Shown one piece after another: positions 1 to 13,566 of a DNA stretch of 64,000 bases. Source of the DNA: the human T2T-CHM13v2.0 reference genome, Homo sapiens; assembly GCF_009914755.1 (NCBI RefSeq), contig NC_060936.1; one strand, written 5' to 3'. A model generated the notes under the pieces. That model ran no database searches. It had not been told where the DNA came from and saw nothing but the letters and a program-made list of their open reading frames with translations. The stretch's first letter is position 1; each line of letters starts with the position of its first letter. The position numbers were made by a program, and so were the translations under genes.

Positions 1-934
1 CGTACAAATCAGCATACCCAGTTATCTACCAGACATGTCATTCCCAACTCAGAGTCTGTCAATAATTTTTCATGGATCAGCATAGCCTTAAGAACAAAAT
101 CATAATTCCTTAGCTGGGCCCTCAAGGCCCTTCACATCTGACCCCTGACTACCACTCTAGCCCTGGCCTTTACTCATTCCCTCCTGCCTCCTCCCCAACA
201 TAATATATCCCCCTTGGTCCAGCCATGATGAACTACCTACAGGTACCTAAATATCACATCGATGCACAACTCTTTGCCGTCATGAATAGATTTGCCTCTG
301 CTTGAAATGCCTTCTCCTTTTTACAGCCCTTTGTTCTATATCATATCCATGTGACTCCATGTAACAGAATTCTGATTCTTAGATCTTGGACATTTATACT
401 AACTATGAATCCAGATTTGTGGATGATATGTAATAGCTATATGATAACTCTAATTTTTAACCCTTATTTTGTCATGTGATAAAAATGAGGGAAAGACAAA
501 GTAGGGATATGAATGAACTATCAAATACAATTTGGTGTTTTCCTACTATCTTACCCATTAACATGAGAGAGGCAAGTGCCTTTTATCATCCCAGACACCC
601 CTTTAATATAGCACTATTACCAGCCTAATTCCACAGATTATAAAGTAAAATCTCAAACCTACCCACTTAATCACAGAATGTGATTAAGAGACCATCTGGA
701 GTGACCTTAGAGACCATCTAATCTAAGTCCTTAAATCCAATTAACTTTCCTTCCTTAATACTCTTTTAAAGGAAGAAAATTATAAACCTAGAAATAAATA
801 TTATGTTACTTGAAAGTTGAGCAATTACTAATAAAACTTTAAAACTCCTAAAAGTCATATTTTCTTGGGCAAAGGAAAACAATTCTCCATTTTCTGAATG
901 ATCCTATTTAATAACAAAAATTTTAACCTTAGAA

Positions 935-1289
935 CAGGGGTCCCCAACGCCTGGGCCATGGACTGCTACCAGTCTGTGGCCTGTTAGGAACTGGGCTGCA
1001 CAGCAGGAGGTGAGCATTGGGCGAGTGAGCATTATTGCCTGAGCTTCACCTCCTGTCAAATCAATGGTAGCATTAGATTCTCATAGGAACGTGAATCCTA
1101 TTGTGCACTGTGCATGTGAGGGATCTAGGTTGCATTGCACACTCCTTATGAGAATCTAACTAATACCTGATGATCTGAGGTGGAATAGTTTCATCCTGAA
1201 ACCATCCATCCACTCCCACCTCCGGGTCTAGGAAAAAAATTGCCTTCCACAAAACCAGTCCTTGGTGCCAAAAAGGCTGAGGACTACTA
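935..1289 (+). mobile_element. MER1B hAT-Charlie DNA transposon
   Basis: Starts with TIR CAGGGGTCCCCAAC, has the MER1B body, ends GGACTACTA; degenerate 8-bp TSD ccttagaa/ccctagat. Confidence 0.9.
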
Positions 1290-2930
1290 CCCTAGATGAT
1301 AAGATACCTGGAGTTCGCTGCTTTCTCATCTTGTAACCATTTAAACTGGCCTTAGATAGAAAAGCCAAGATCAAAATCAAGTTAGAGAAATTTCCTCTTG
1401 CCACCTAGGAGGGTCATGTCATAAAGCAGCACCCCTTCTAAAAAAAATTGCATTAGAAATAAACCTGGGCACTTATACACACAGACACACAGAACACCTC
1501 GTAACTCCTCGAATGTTGCTGAGTTCTTGGAAACATTCCAAGTTCCTAGATCTCCTTTCTACCCCAGCATCAAGAATATGTATTTAGACTGTGCTCCTGC
1601 TCTGATAGGTCTGCCTGTCAGGTCCAAGCAGCAGTTTATTTTCAAATTGTTGGGTGAGGATAGGGTGATGGAGGAGGAAGGGAAAGAAAGAAAATAATTG
1701 GACCAAGCCCTCAGACAAGAAAGGAATTTACCTCAAGGCTTTTCAGGTTACAGTCAAGGGAGCTGAAAATTACATTTCAAACTTTCTTAGCCACTGTCAA
1801 TTTCTCCTTTTCGAAATGAAGTTTCCCCATTTTTTTTACTTTGAATTATGCAATGTGTCTGATAAACACTTTTCATGGAAGGTGTAAAAGAATAGTGTGG
1901 GAGAGGACGTGGGTGTCTGTGCACCCATAGAGGCCAGGACATACATAACACACTACTTCTGAGTGTAAATCATAAATTATCCTGTATTCAGAGATTTCCA
2001 GAGCCAGGCCTCTGAGAAAGGAGATAGTGACCTAAATAAAGTACTTCCTTGTGCCTGATCTCATTTAGCTTTATCCATGAGGGGATTACAGGAACTGTCT
2101 GCTCATGGTTGTCAGCAAAGTACAGTGAATGGCTCGGGCGATGGGCTTCCTAACCATTCCACTTAACCCCATCTCTTTGCCTCCCCCAACACAAACACAA
2201 ACACAATTACAGCCGTAACAGGCATATGGATGGAAGCAGTAGATTCCATTAGGGCTCTGGAACTGGCTGTCAAAAGCATTTTGTATATTAATATTAGAGA
2301 CTGAAACGACTTCGTTTATCATTTTCCCCCAGGTATCTACCACAATATCTACTACCCAATGAAGATTTGTTGAATGAATGAATAAAAAGAGAATACATTG
2401 CTTGCTATATCAGAATTCTAATTCTTTGTATTTTATTCCTTCTTTTTTGATACTGAGGTCATGATTTATTAGTCTGTGAGGAGTTACTGAGACTAAGTTA
2501 TTGGTATGTTTTAATAAAAATAATATGCATTTATCATTTTAAAAAGTCAAACAAAACAAAAAATAGAAGAAAGTTTAAAATAACTTGAAAGCCCATAAAC
2601 CAGGACTATTGATGAGCATTTTTGTATACATTTTCATATAGAAACACATAAGTATATAAAATGTTTCATACATATATAAGTAGGTATATCTATACATATG
2701 TCTATTAAGATATAGCATACTAGTGAGCATTTTTCTAAATATCTCTTTATAAAAATATACAAACATAAAATATGAATTGTATAAATACATATAATTTTGT
2801 CTAGACATCTCTTCTTAGAAATATATAAAGATATACATATAAAAATGATATTTTACATTAAAGGGATTCTTTCACTTTATATATTTGTTACTTATTTTTT
2901 TTAATCAACAGTATGTACTTAGTATATTTT

Positions 2931-3223
<293 letters not shown>

Positions 3224-3346
3224 TGTACTTGGTATATTTTCAAGTCAGTAACATGATTTATGCAACATAACTTTTAAAGCTTTTTCTGTACCCCAACAGA
3301 TTTACTTGCCCAGAATTTCTGAGGGACCTGGAGTTGGTTTTAACCT

Positions 3347-3646
3347 TTTTCTTTTCTTTTCTTTCTTGAGACAGAGTCTCACTCTGTCACCCAGGCTGGA
3401 GTACAGTTGCGTGATTTCAGCTCACTGCAATCTCCACCTCCCAGATTCAAGCAATTCTCTGTCTCAGCCTCCCGAGTAGCTGGGATTACAGGTGCCCGCC
3501 ACCATGCCTGGCTAATTTTTGTATTTTTAGTAGAGATGGGGTTTCACCATCTTGGCCAGGGTGGTCTTGAACTCCTGACCTCATTATCCACCCACCTCAA
3601 CCTCCCAAAGTGCTGAGATTACAGGTGTGAGCCACCATGCCTGGCC
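3347..3646 (-). mobile_element. Alu (AluSg-like)
   Basis: Alu dimer; TSD gttttaacct at 3337 and 3648. Confidence 0.95.
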
Positions 3647-4022
3647 AGTTTTAACCTCTTTAAGTATCCTTACTAAGAAACAGATCAGTAGTAGCACCTA
3701 TCTCATAGGTTTTATTTTTTTGGTAAATATTAGGTGATTTATAGAAAGCTCCTAATATTTACACCCCAAACTTTTCACTAAAAAATTGTTAGCCTGCAGT
3801 TTTTTAAAGGAATTAATGACAATACAGTAGTCTTCCAGATTCATTGTTTTGTTGCCATTTCTATTTTTACAGATTTGAAATTCCAGCTACCAATATCTAC
3901 ATGGGATATTTCAAATCTCATGCCTAGTAATATAGTTAGAAAATAGAAAGTATTGACACTGGTACTAACTGTAAAATACAATGTAATTGAAATTAAGAAC
4001 TTTGGTTAAAATGAGAGACACC

Positions 4023-4435
4023 TGATATGGTTTGGATGTTTATCCCCTCCAAATCTCATGTTGAAATGTGATCTCTAGTGTTGGAGGTGGGACCTAGTGG
4101 GAGGTGTTTAGGTCATGGGGGCAGATCCTTCATGAACAGCCTGGTGTCTTCTCTGCTGTAATGAGTGAGTTCTCACTGTATTAATTCACATGAAAGCTGG
4201 TTTTTTAGAAGAGCCTGGCATCTCCCTCTTGCTCCCTCTCTCATCATGTGACATGACTGCTCCTCATTTGCCTTTGACCATGATTGAAAGCTTCTTGAGG
4301 CCTCACCAGAAGCTGAGCAGATGCTGGTGCCACGCTCATACAGCCTGCAGGACTGTGAGCAAAATAAATCTCTTTTATTTATAAATTACTCAGCCTCAGG
4401 TACCTTTTTCTAGCAATACAAAATGGACTAATACA
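4023..4435 (+). mobile_element. MaLR solo LTR (MSTB-like)
   Basis: TGATATGGTTTGGATG...GGACTAATACA termini, AATAAA, 5-bp TSD acacc/acaca. Confidence 0.9.
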
Positions 4436-4934
4436 ACACACAACTTGGACTACAAGATAAGAAGATGAGGAAATTCTTGGTTCATGCAACTATAAATTCT
4501 CCATTTCCTCCCCTTCTTTCCTCTTTGCTGTCTTCATTCTCAGGGAGAATGGAAAGATGGTTACAAACAATTCCAAGTTTAGATTATCCTGACAGGTAAC
4601 CATCCCAGTGAAGAGGATCCAGTGTAATTATGGATTATGTATAATCAAAAGAATATGTCTAGTTAGCTTAATTGAAGTCTTTCGTCAACATCCTAGAAAG
4701 GTGTATGTGAGCACTCATTGGCAAAAGGACAGCCTAACTTAAACCATGTGACTGACCTAAGAATGGGGGAGGGGTGGTTTTCCAAAGAGAGTGGGCAGAC
4801 AGAAACCTGCTCACTTCATAGAGTCTACCCAAGGCTAATAGACTTCAAAACTGACTGATTCATCATGAGAACTTGCTGTTTGTGTATATTATCAAAATAA
4901 AGACCCAATAAAATAGGTAAAAGTTATATAGCAT

Positions 4935-5122
4935 TTGTCAATATGTCAGATAGCATTCTAAGAGTTTACTTATAGTAACCCATTTAATCTTTCCAACAAC
5001 AAGAGGTAAATTTTCATTTTTCAGATGAGAAAATTAAGGCACAAATACATTAAGTAAAGTGGCAAAACTAGGATTTGAATCCAGGAGTCTGGCTCTAGAA
5101 TTCGTGCCTTTAACCATTATGC
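4935..5122 (-). mobile_element. MIR fragment
   Basis: MIR core cattttcagatgagaaaattaaggcac...ggatttgaatccagg. Confidence 0.75.
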
Positions 5123-5214
5123 CATTTATTATTCCTTCTCTGAGGTTGAGAGGAAACATTAAGATGAAGTAATGAAAGGTGAAATTTAGCTTATCTGATT
5201 AACAGCTGTGCTGG

Positions 5215-5471
5215 TTATCTGCAGTTGCCACTCCAGATAGTGGTCTCCACTTACTAGCCCTCTCTGTCTTGGGTTCTCCCACTGCTCCCTCCCATCGCTA
5301 CTGCAAGCATGGAAGTAATATCTTCTTAACTGTACTAAACTCAAAGTGTTTCACTATCCCTTGTTGATGCTCCTAATTTTGTCTCAAAGCTTTGTAGAGT
5401 CCTTCTATTAAGTTCATCAATAGTAAGCATGGTGGTGCCATCTCTTTCTTGCTTATTTCCAGGCTGATACA
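5215..5471 (+). mobile_element. Old ERVL LTR 3' part (LTR33-like)
   Basis: Ends gtgccatctctttcttgc...gctgataca, similar to the LTR33 3' end. Confidence 0.5.
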
Positions 5472-7255
5472 ATAGACACAATTCTGTTATTAGTTATTTG
5501 AATTTGAAAGAGGATATCCATCACAGAGCTCAAAAATAGCTTTTCTCCTTGAATGGAAAGATATATCATTTTTATACACAATGGGAAAAAGCTAATTTTA
5601 CAAATCTAAAGCAGAAGCCTTTTACAAGAATCATCTCACTATTTTTGGATGGGCTTTTTGGGGTTAACAAACATTTTTTTTTCAATATACAGCCCTCCCT
5701 TTGATGGAGTTGTCACGTTTACAAATTAATTTAAATTATATTAACCATAGCATACCTAGACTTCTGACACTAATATTTTAATGGTCATATAAAGGAATTA
5801 CATTGATTCTTCTAAATTTTGTGATTTGGCAAACTACAATGGACAAAGACATTGTCTAAGCCTAATTTGAGGAACTTACTTAAAGCAGTTGGTCATAAAC
5901 AATTATCAGGTTATATAGCAGAGAGAGCTAACTACCCAGCAAATATTTGTGCTGCCCTTCCACATGGTTATTGGTTATCGAAGGTAGTTATTGAAGGCAT
6001 CTTCCTGACCAGAGACTACATTTTCTTTTCAGCCCTCTGACATGTGAGTGGAGTCATATGACTGAGTGGGGTTGTACCTTAGCCTACATATTCCACACAT
6101 GATACCTATTACATAAATGAAAGAATTTCTAAGTAAAGTACAAGTCTCTTAACAGTAACATAACCACTCCTGAAGATGGGGTATAAATGTGGATTCAGGG
6201 CCTGCCATAGATGCTCTTCTAGCACACTGTACTTATCCAACCACAATGCTTATGAGGCTGTATCACAATGGTTTAAGTACTATTTTCCATCCTAGCCTGG
6301 AAGGAAAGCAAACACTGTTCTATAGTGTTCATCATTGTTCTTCCCCAAGACCTAACATAACACCTGGTGTATAGGAGTCACTCAATAACTATTGGCTGAA
6401 TTTTTGAATTACATTTCTATGAATAGAAACACTACAGACATATCTTCCTACCAAGAGAGTGAGAAGTCAGAGGGATATGCACATATCTTTCCCTAAAATG
6501 TATCTTTATGGTTTCTCCTCTTAAAAGAGATATAGAAAATAAGGCTATCAGCCCATTGTCCAATATGTTAAGTACTCAACAAACACTTGGAATAAAGGAA
6601 GAATGAATGTGCAAATATTCCGGCCTCTATTTTCTAACAGCACTCTCCTTTAACATGTTTTGCAATGGAGATGCAAATTTTACTCACAACACACTCTAGT
6701 GTGAAAATAAAATGATGAGGTTGTGTGGCATTGGCCTTTGGCCTTGAAGTTCCCACTTCTTGTGGTCTGGGGCCTCCACTGCTCTCCTCATCCTCTCAGC
6801 ACTTTTGCATCTATTCTACTGGAATAAAAAGGCATTTCTCAATCCCAGGCATTTCATTTGCAGGCCATAGGGAGCCAAGAGTATAGCCTCAGGCTCATAT
6901 ATTTAGTCTCTCTCCTCCTCAAATCCACACTCTCCCTCCATTAATGTTGGATGTGGCACTGAGCCAAGTGCATCAATTCTCCTGTAGGCCTGCAGCCTCC
7001 CTCAGGCTGTGCCTAGGAAAGCGTAGCATGATTTCCAGCATTCTTGATTTTCCGATATGTATTTGAAGTTTCTGCCACATCAAACTCATTCAAAGCTGGA
7101 CCTGTGAAAGAGAAAATGCTGACATGAGATCTGTCCTCTTGCCCTCTCACTCCTCTAATGGAAAAGAAAAGCTTTTCTGTCTCACAAGAATATACTGAGT
7201 TTTCTCTTTGTGTTTCTTTCTGAGCTTACTTTTCTCCTAGACTCATTTTCGGCAC

Positions 7256-7971
7256 TGTTACAGTAGGCAGCTAGTTAGACACAAACAGGGCAGGAGAGGG
7301 CTCCCCGCAACCCCCAACCCCCAACCAGGAATGTCAGGAAACCATCAGGTGATGGTCTGGTGGTTGTTAACTGTTTCTCTAAAAGAATAATAGGTAGCAG
7401 CCAGCACCAGGGAAAGGCAGGCTCCCAATACATAGGAAAAGCCTGAAACTGGTGATCAGTAGCTTCCCGATAAGATCTGAGGAGTTGGGTGAGTGGGCTC
7501 ACACAGGCACACTAAGAGGAAAAATGGCAGAGGTTAAGTGGTATATGATGCCTTAGGGATATTTGACTGGTAAGGGAAGAACACCTCAGGTGAGCATGCA
7601 TACGACTCTAGTAAACACACTTTGCATGCTCCCCTCCCAAGTGCTGGCAGGCCCACTTGCACTTATGGACAGCCCTTCCCTTGGGGGAAGAATCAGGGGA
7701 GAAGGGATGCAAGACCCTGGAAGTATGCCAGCATATAAAACCCCAACTCAATAGGTCCAACTGTTCACTTGATCTCTCAAGTCACCTGCTTGGTCCTCTT
7801 CCAAGTATACTTTCATTTCTTTTGTTCCTGCTCTAAAAATTTTTAATAAACTTTCACTCCTGCTCTAAAACTTGCCTCAGTCTCTCCTTCTGCCTTCTGC
7901 CTCCTCTAATGAATTTTAGGAGCCAAGAATTGAGGTGTCTGTAAACCCTTGTGTATTCACCACCACTAACA
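7256..7971 (+). mobile_element. ERV1 LTR MER50, followed by ~15 bp of internal/PBS sequence
   Basis: TGTTACAGTAGG...AGGGCAGGAGAGGG start, AATAAA at ~7845, ends CTAACA then TACTTTGGTGCC. Confidence 0.85.
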
Positions 7972-8048
7972 TACTTTGGTGCCCTGTTTCAGATATGTTC
8001 CAACACTAACAGCACCATTGCTCGGGAGAATTTTGAAAAACCAAGGTG

Positions 8049-8321
8049 GGCCGGGCACGGTGGCTCACGCCTGTAATCCCAACACTTTGGGAGGCTGAGG
8101 CAGGTGGATAACGAGGTCAGGAGTTCAAGACCAGCCTGGCCAAGATGGTGAAACCCTGTCTCTACTAAAACTACAAAAATTAGCCAGGCGCGGTGGCAGG
8201 CACCTGTGATCCCAGCTACTCGGGAGGCTGCGACAGGAGAATTGCTTGAACCCGGGCGGCAGAAGTTGCACTCCAGCCTGGGCGACAGAGTGAGACTTTG
8301 TCTCAGAAAAAAAAAAAAAAA
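8049..8321 (+). mobile_element. Alu (AluSg-like) with small right-arm deletion
   Basis: Alu dimer and A-tail; gttgca joined directly to ctccagcc; degenerate TSD gaaaa(a)ccaRgRtgg. Confidence 0.95.
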
Positions 8322-9283
8322 GAAAAACCAGGATGGGCTAAAGATTTCTAGATGCACTTTCAATGGAATGCTGGGTCTGTATGCTTGCTTTATACCTTTT
8401 GTCTTTGGCTATTTTACAACTCTGTACATTGAAGAGGGTAATTTTTCTTGTTTATAGAATTGCAAACGAAGTTTCACCAGTTTGATTTCCACCCTATATG
8501 AACAATTATTCCAAACAACACATTTTATTGTTCCTCCAAGATATAAGTTTTACATCTATGAGCAAATGCATTTCAGTATCCCTGATTACCTTTAATATTT
8601 TCAGTTTATCCTTTGAACATCTTACTGTTTATCTAACAAATTAGTAAGTTAAAGGAGCTAATAAGTGAAACTTTTGACATGTGTGTACTTAGTATCTGTA
8701 AAATAATCATGATTTTATCTTTGTATTTTAACTTCATCACTCACCTTTTGTCACATAAGTCAGCAACCTCTGTATTTCTATTCCTCAACAGGCCAAATTC
8801 AGTGAATCACCAAAGTCAAACAACTCTGCATTTACAGCACCTTGTGTCCTCTCTATTCCTCATAATCAATGCCATTTTGTTAATTCTAGCATTTATTTTC
8901 TCGATTTAGTTATGTATATCTCCCAAATTCAATATTTCTCCTAAAAATCTAAATTTCTAGACCAAAGCATCCTATGGTACCCCATAAATACAGATGATTA
9001 TTTGTCAATTAATTTTTAATTAAATTTCTGACAACCATTGGGGTGATCAATTTAATATGCAAATTAGATTCAGCTACACCTCTGCTTAAAACGTCATGGT
9101 TTCCCCATTTTTCCAAGATAAGTTAGGTTCCCAGGAAAGGATCAAAAAGCTTTTCCTCATCAGCTTTCTGCCTCCCTCCAGAGATTTTTCTCTCCCTCCA
9201 GAGATTTGTCTCTCCTGAGATCAGCAAGACTGAATTATTTTCATTTCCCTGGAAACAAACCCCTACACTTCCTTCAGTGTGAC

Positions 9284-12200
9284 TTTATTTATATTTTTAA
9301 TTATTTATTTTTATTTCAATAGGTTTTTGGGGAACAGGTGGTGTTTGGTCACATGAATAAGTTCTTTAGTGGTGATTTCTGAGATTTAGGTGCACCCATC
9401 ACACCTGAGCAGTGTACACTGTACCCAATGTGTAGTCCTTTATCCCTCATTCTGCCTCCCACCCTTTCCCCCACGTCACCAAACTCCATTGTATTGTTCT
9501 TATGCCTTTGCATCTTCATAGCTAAGCTCACACTTATGAGTGAGAATACACAATGTTTGGTTTTCCGTTCCTGAGTTAATTCACTTAGAATAATGGTCTC
9601 TGATTCAATCCACATTGCTGCAAATGCCATTATTTCATTCCTTTGTATGGCTGAGTAATACTCCATAAGGTGTATATCAACAATTTTTTTATCCACTCAT
9701 TGACTGATGGGCATTTGGGCTGGTTCCATATTTTTGCAACTGTGAATTGTGCTGCTATAAACATGCATGTGCAAGTATCTTTTCTATATAATGGCTTCTT
9801 TTCCTCGGTATAAATACCCAGGAGAGGGATTGCTAGATCAAATAGTAGTTCTACTTTTAGTTCTTTAAGGAATCTCCACATTGTTGTCCATAATGGTTGT
9901 ACTAGTTTACATTCCCACTAACAGTGTAAAAGTGTTCCCTTTTCACAACATCCCCACCCACAACTATTACTTTTTGATTTTTTGATTATGGCCATTCTTG
10001 CAGGAGTAAGGTGGTATCCCATTATGGTTTTGATTTGCATTTCCCCAATCATTAATGGTGTTAAGCATTTCTTCATATGTTGTCGGTCATTTGTATATCT
10101 TCTATTGTGAATTGTCTATTCATGTCATTAGCCCACTTCTTTGGTGAGATTGTTTTTTTTTTTCTTGCGGATTTGTTTGAGTTCTTTGTAGATTCTGGAA
10201 ATTAGTCCTTTGTCAGATGTATAGATTGTGATTCTCTCCCACTCTGGGTTGTCCGTTTACTCTGCTGATTGTTTCTTTTGCTGTGCAGAACCTCTTTAGT
10301 TTAATGAAATCCCATCTATATATCTTTGTTTTTGTGGCATTTGCTTTTGGGATCTTGGCCATGAAGTCTTTGCCTAAGCAAATGTCTAGAAGCAAATGTC
10401 TGGTGTTATCTTCTAGAACTTATATGGTTTCAGGTCTTAGATTTAAGTCTTTGATCTATCTTGAGTTGATTTTTGTATAGTGAGAGATAAGGATCCAGCT
10501 TTATTTTACTACATATGGGTTGCCAATTATCCCTGCACCATTTGCTGAATAAAGTGTCCTTTCACTACTTTATGTTTTTGTTGCTTTGTTGAAGATCAGT
10601 TGACTTTAAGTATTTGGCTTTATTTCTGGGTTCTCTATTCTGTTTCATTGTTCTATATACCTATTTTTATACCAGTACCATGCTGTTTTGATGACTGTGG
10701 CCTTATGCGTGGCCTTATAGTATAGTGAATTTTAGGATTGTTTTCTCTAGTTCTGTGAAGAATGATGGTGGTATTTTGATGAGAATTGCATTGAATTTGT
10801 AAATTGCTTTTGGCAGCATGACGATTTTCACAATATTGATGCTACCCATCTGTAGGCATGGGATATGTTTCCATTCATTTCTGTCATCTATGATTCCTTT
10901 CAGCAGTGTTTCATAGTTTTCTTTATAGAGGTCTTTCACCTCTTTGGTTAGTTATATTCTTAAGTTTTATTGTTTTTTTAAAATTTGTTTGTTGGTTTGT
11001 GTTATTTTTTATAAGTCCTGTGAGATTTATGCTTTAAGGAGATTCTATTTTGGTATATTTTGAGGATTTGTTTCAAGATTTGGAGCTCCGTTTAGCAGTT
11101 CTTGTAGTGCTGGCTTGGTAGCAGTAAATTCTCTCAGCATTTGCATGAAAAAGACTATATATTTCATTTATGAAGCTCAGTTTCACTGGATACACAATTC
11201 TTGGCTGATAATTCTTTTGTTTAAGGAGCCTAAAGATAGGACCCCAATTTCTTCTAGCTGTAGGGTTTCTGCTGAGAAATCTGCTGTTAATCTGACAGGT
11301 TTTCTTTTATAGGTTACCTGATACTTTTTCTTCACAGTTCTTAAGATTCTTTCCTTTACCTTGACTTCAGATAACCTGATGACTATGTGCCTAGGCACTG
11401 ATCTTTTTGTGATGAATTTCCTAGGTGTTCTTTGAGCTTCTTGTATTTGAATGTCTAGATCTCTAACAAGGCCAGGGAAGTCTTCCTCAATTATTCCTTC
11501 AAATATGTTTTCCAAACTTTTAGATTTCCCTTCTTCCTTGGGAACACCAATTATTCTTAGGTTTGGTCATTTAATATAATCCCAAACTTCTTGGAGGCTT
11601 TGTTCATTTTCTTAAAATTCTTTTTTCTTTGTCTTTGTTGGATTAAGTTAATTCTAAAGCCTTGTTTTCAACTTCTGAAGTTCTTTCTTCTACTTGTTTG
11701 ATTCTATTGCTGAGACTTTCCAGTGGATTTTGCATTTCTCTAAGTGTGTCCTTGATTTCCAGAAGTTGTGATTATTTTTTATTTATGCTATCTATTTCAC
11801 TGAAGATTTTTCCATTCATATCCTGTTATCTTTTTTAAAAAACATTCTTTACATTGGACTTCAACTTTCTCTGGAGCCTCCTTGACTGGCTTAATAATTG
11901 ACCTTCTGAATTCTTTTCTGGCAATTCAGAGACTTCATCTTGGTGTGGATCCATTGCTTATGAGCTAGTGTGATCTTCTGGGGGTGTTAAAGAACCTTGT
12001 TTTTTCATGTTACCAGAATTGTTTTTCTCATTCCTTCTCATTTGAGTAGACTATGTTTGAGAAAAGATCTGGGGTCAAGAGCTGCTGTTCAGATTCTTTT
12101 GTCCCACAGGGGGCTCCCTTGATGTGGTGCACTCCTCTTTCCCCTAGCGATGGGGCTTCCTGAAATCTGAACTGCAGTTATTGTTACTTCTCTTCCGAAT

Positions 12201-13095
12201 CTAGTCACTTCTGAATCTAGTCTCCAGCCTGGTACTGGGGTGTGTCCGCAAAGTGTCCTGTGATGTGATCCATCTTTAGGCCTCTTAGCCATGGATACCA
12301 GCGCCTAGTCTGTTAGCGGTAGCAGGGTAGTAAATTGGACTCTGTGAGGGTCTTTGGTTGTATTTTTGTTAAATATACTAATTTTGTTTTGATTGGCCTC
12401 CAATCAGGAGGTGGCGCTTTCAAGTGCACATCAGCTGTGGTTGTATAGGGAGGATGTAATCTTGCCCTAGAGGAGGTGGGGGATGGGCCATAGAGCTCCC
12501 AGGAGATTATGTCCTTTGTCTTCAGCTACCAGGGCTCCTAGAGAAAGACAGCCAGGTGAGGGCAGAGTTAGGCTTCTGAGCTCAGACTCTCCTTGGGCGG
12601 GGCTTGCTGCAGCTGCTGTTGGGGGAAGGGGGTGTGGTTCCCAGCCCAATACAGTATTTTCCCAAAGAGGATTATGGCTGTCTCTGCTGCATCACACAGG
12701 TTATCAGGGAAGTGAGGGAATGCCAGCAGCCAGAGGCCTCACCCCATTCCCACACATCTTGCAGCTCAAAAAGCCAGTCTCACTCCCACCGTGCCCCACT
12801 GTGCCCTAGCACTGAGTTTATTTCCAGTCAGCTGGTTAGCAGGGCTGAGAACTTGCCCCAAGCTATAAGCCTTCCAGCTGAGAAAGCAAGCCGACTCACA
12901 GTTCCTCAGCTGTCCCACGGAGCCCGCAGGGGCAATCCACCTCCTTCAAAGGGTCTGTGGATTCTCTCGGCTTTCCTGGTATGTACCTGTAGTACTTCTT
13001 GGAGCAAAAGTTCATGATGTGGGTCTCCACACACTGCTCTTTCCCTCTGAGTGGGAGCTGCAAGTTAGTCCTGTCTCCTATCCACCATTTCCCCC
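9284..13095 (-). mobile_element. L1PB-type LINE-1 with both ends present and most of ORF2 deleted
   Basis: L1PB 3'UTR at ~9300; ORF2 C-terminal peptides in ORFs 9630-9881, 10213-10395, 10715-10939; ORF1 peptide at 11183-11515; L1PBa-type 5'UTR to ~13095. Confidence 0.9.
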
Positions 13096-13566
13096 CATCT
13101 TTTTTTAATATACATTTCTCTGCCCATCAGTTCTCTTGGGCCCTGAGTTAGGCAGCCAGGCCTTCAAGCCTCCCGCCCAACTGATCAGCTGCCCTCTGCC
13201 CTTGCCTCTGCTTCCTGAATATCTATCTTTATTCCCTCTGCCTGTGTCCAGCACAGTCCAGCACTGCCCTGATTCCTCAGTGTTACTTTTACCATATTCT
13301 ATTGCAGATAACTGTTTTATTTGTCTATGTCTTCCATGAGACTGTAAACTTCAGAAGTCAGTAATCGTGTTCATATTTGCATCACTTTTCTATTGTTGTG
13401 TAACAAATGATTGCCCACATTACCAGTTTAAAAAAAATACACATTTATTATCTTAGTTGCTGTGTGTCAGGAGTCCAGGCTTGACTTGATTGGATCCTCT
13501 GCTTAGGGTGTCCAGAGGCTGCAATCAAGGTATCTGCTTGCAGCAGATGGTTTGAATCATGGAAAA

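Noticed and set aside
2086-2343. 85-aa minus-strand ORF in unique sequence
   Set aside because: GTG start, no recognisable homology and no clear splice structure
9172-9215. Short tandem duplications (also 22074-22113, 32595-32625, 63383-63412)
   Set aside because: Ordinary 10-20-bp slippage duplications with no further structure
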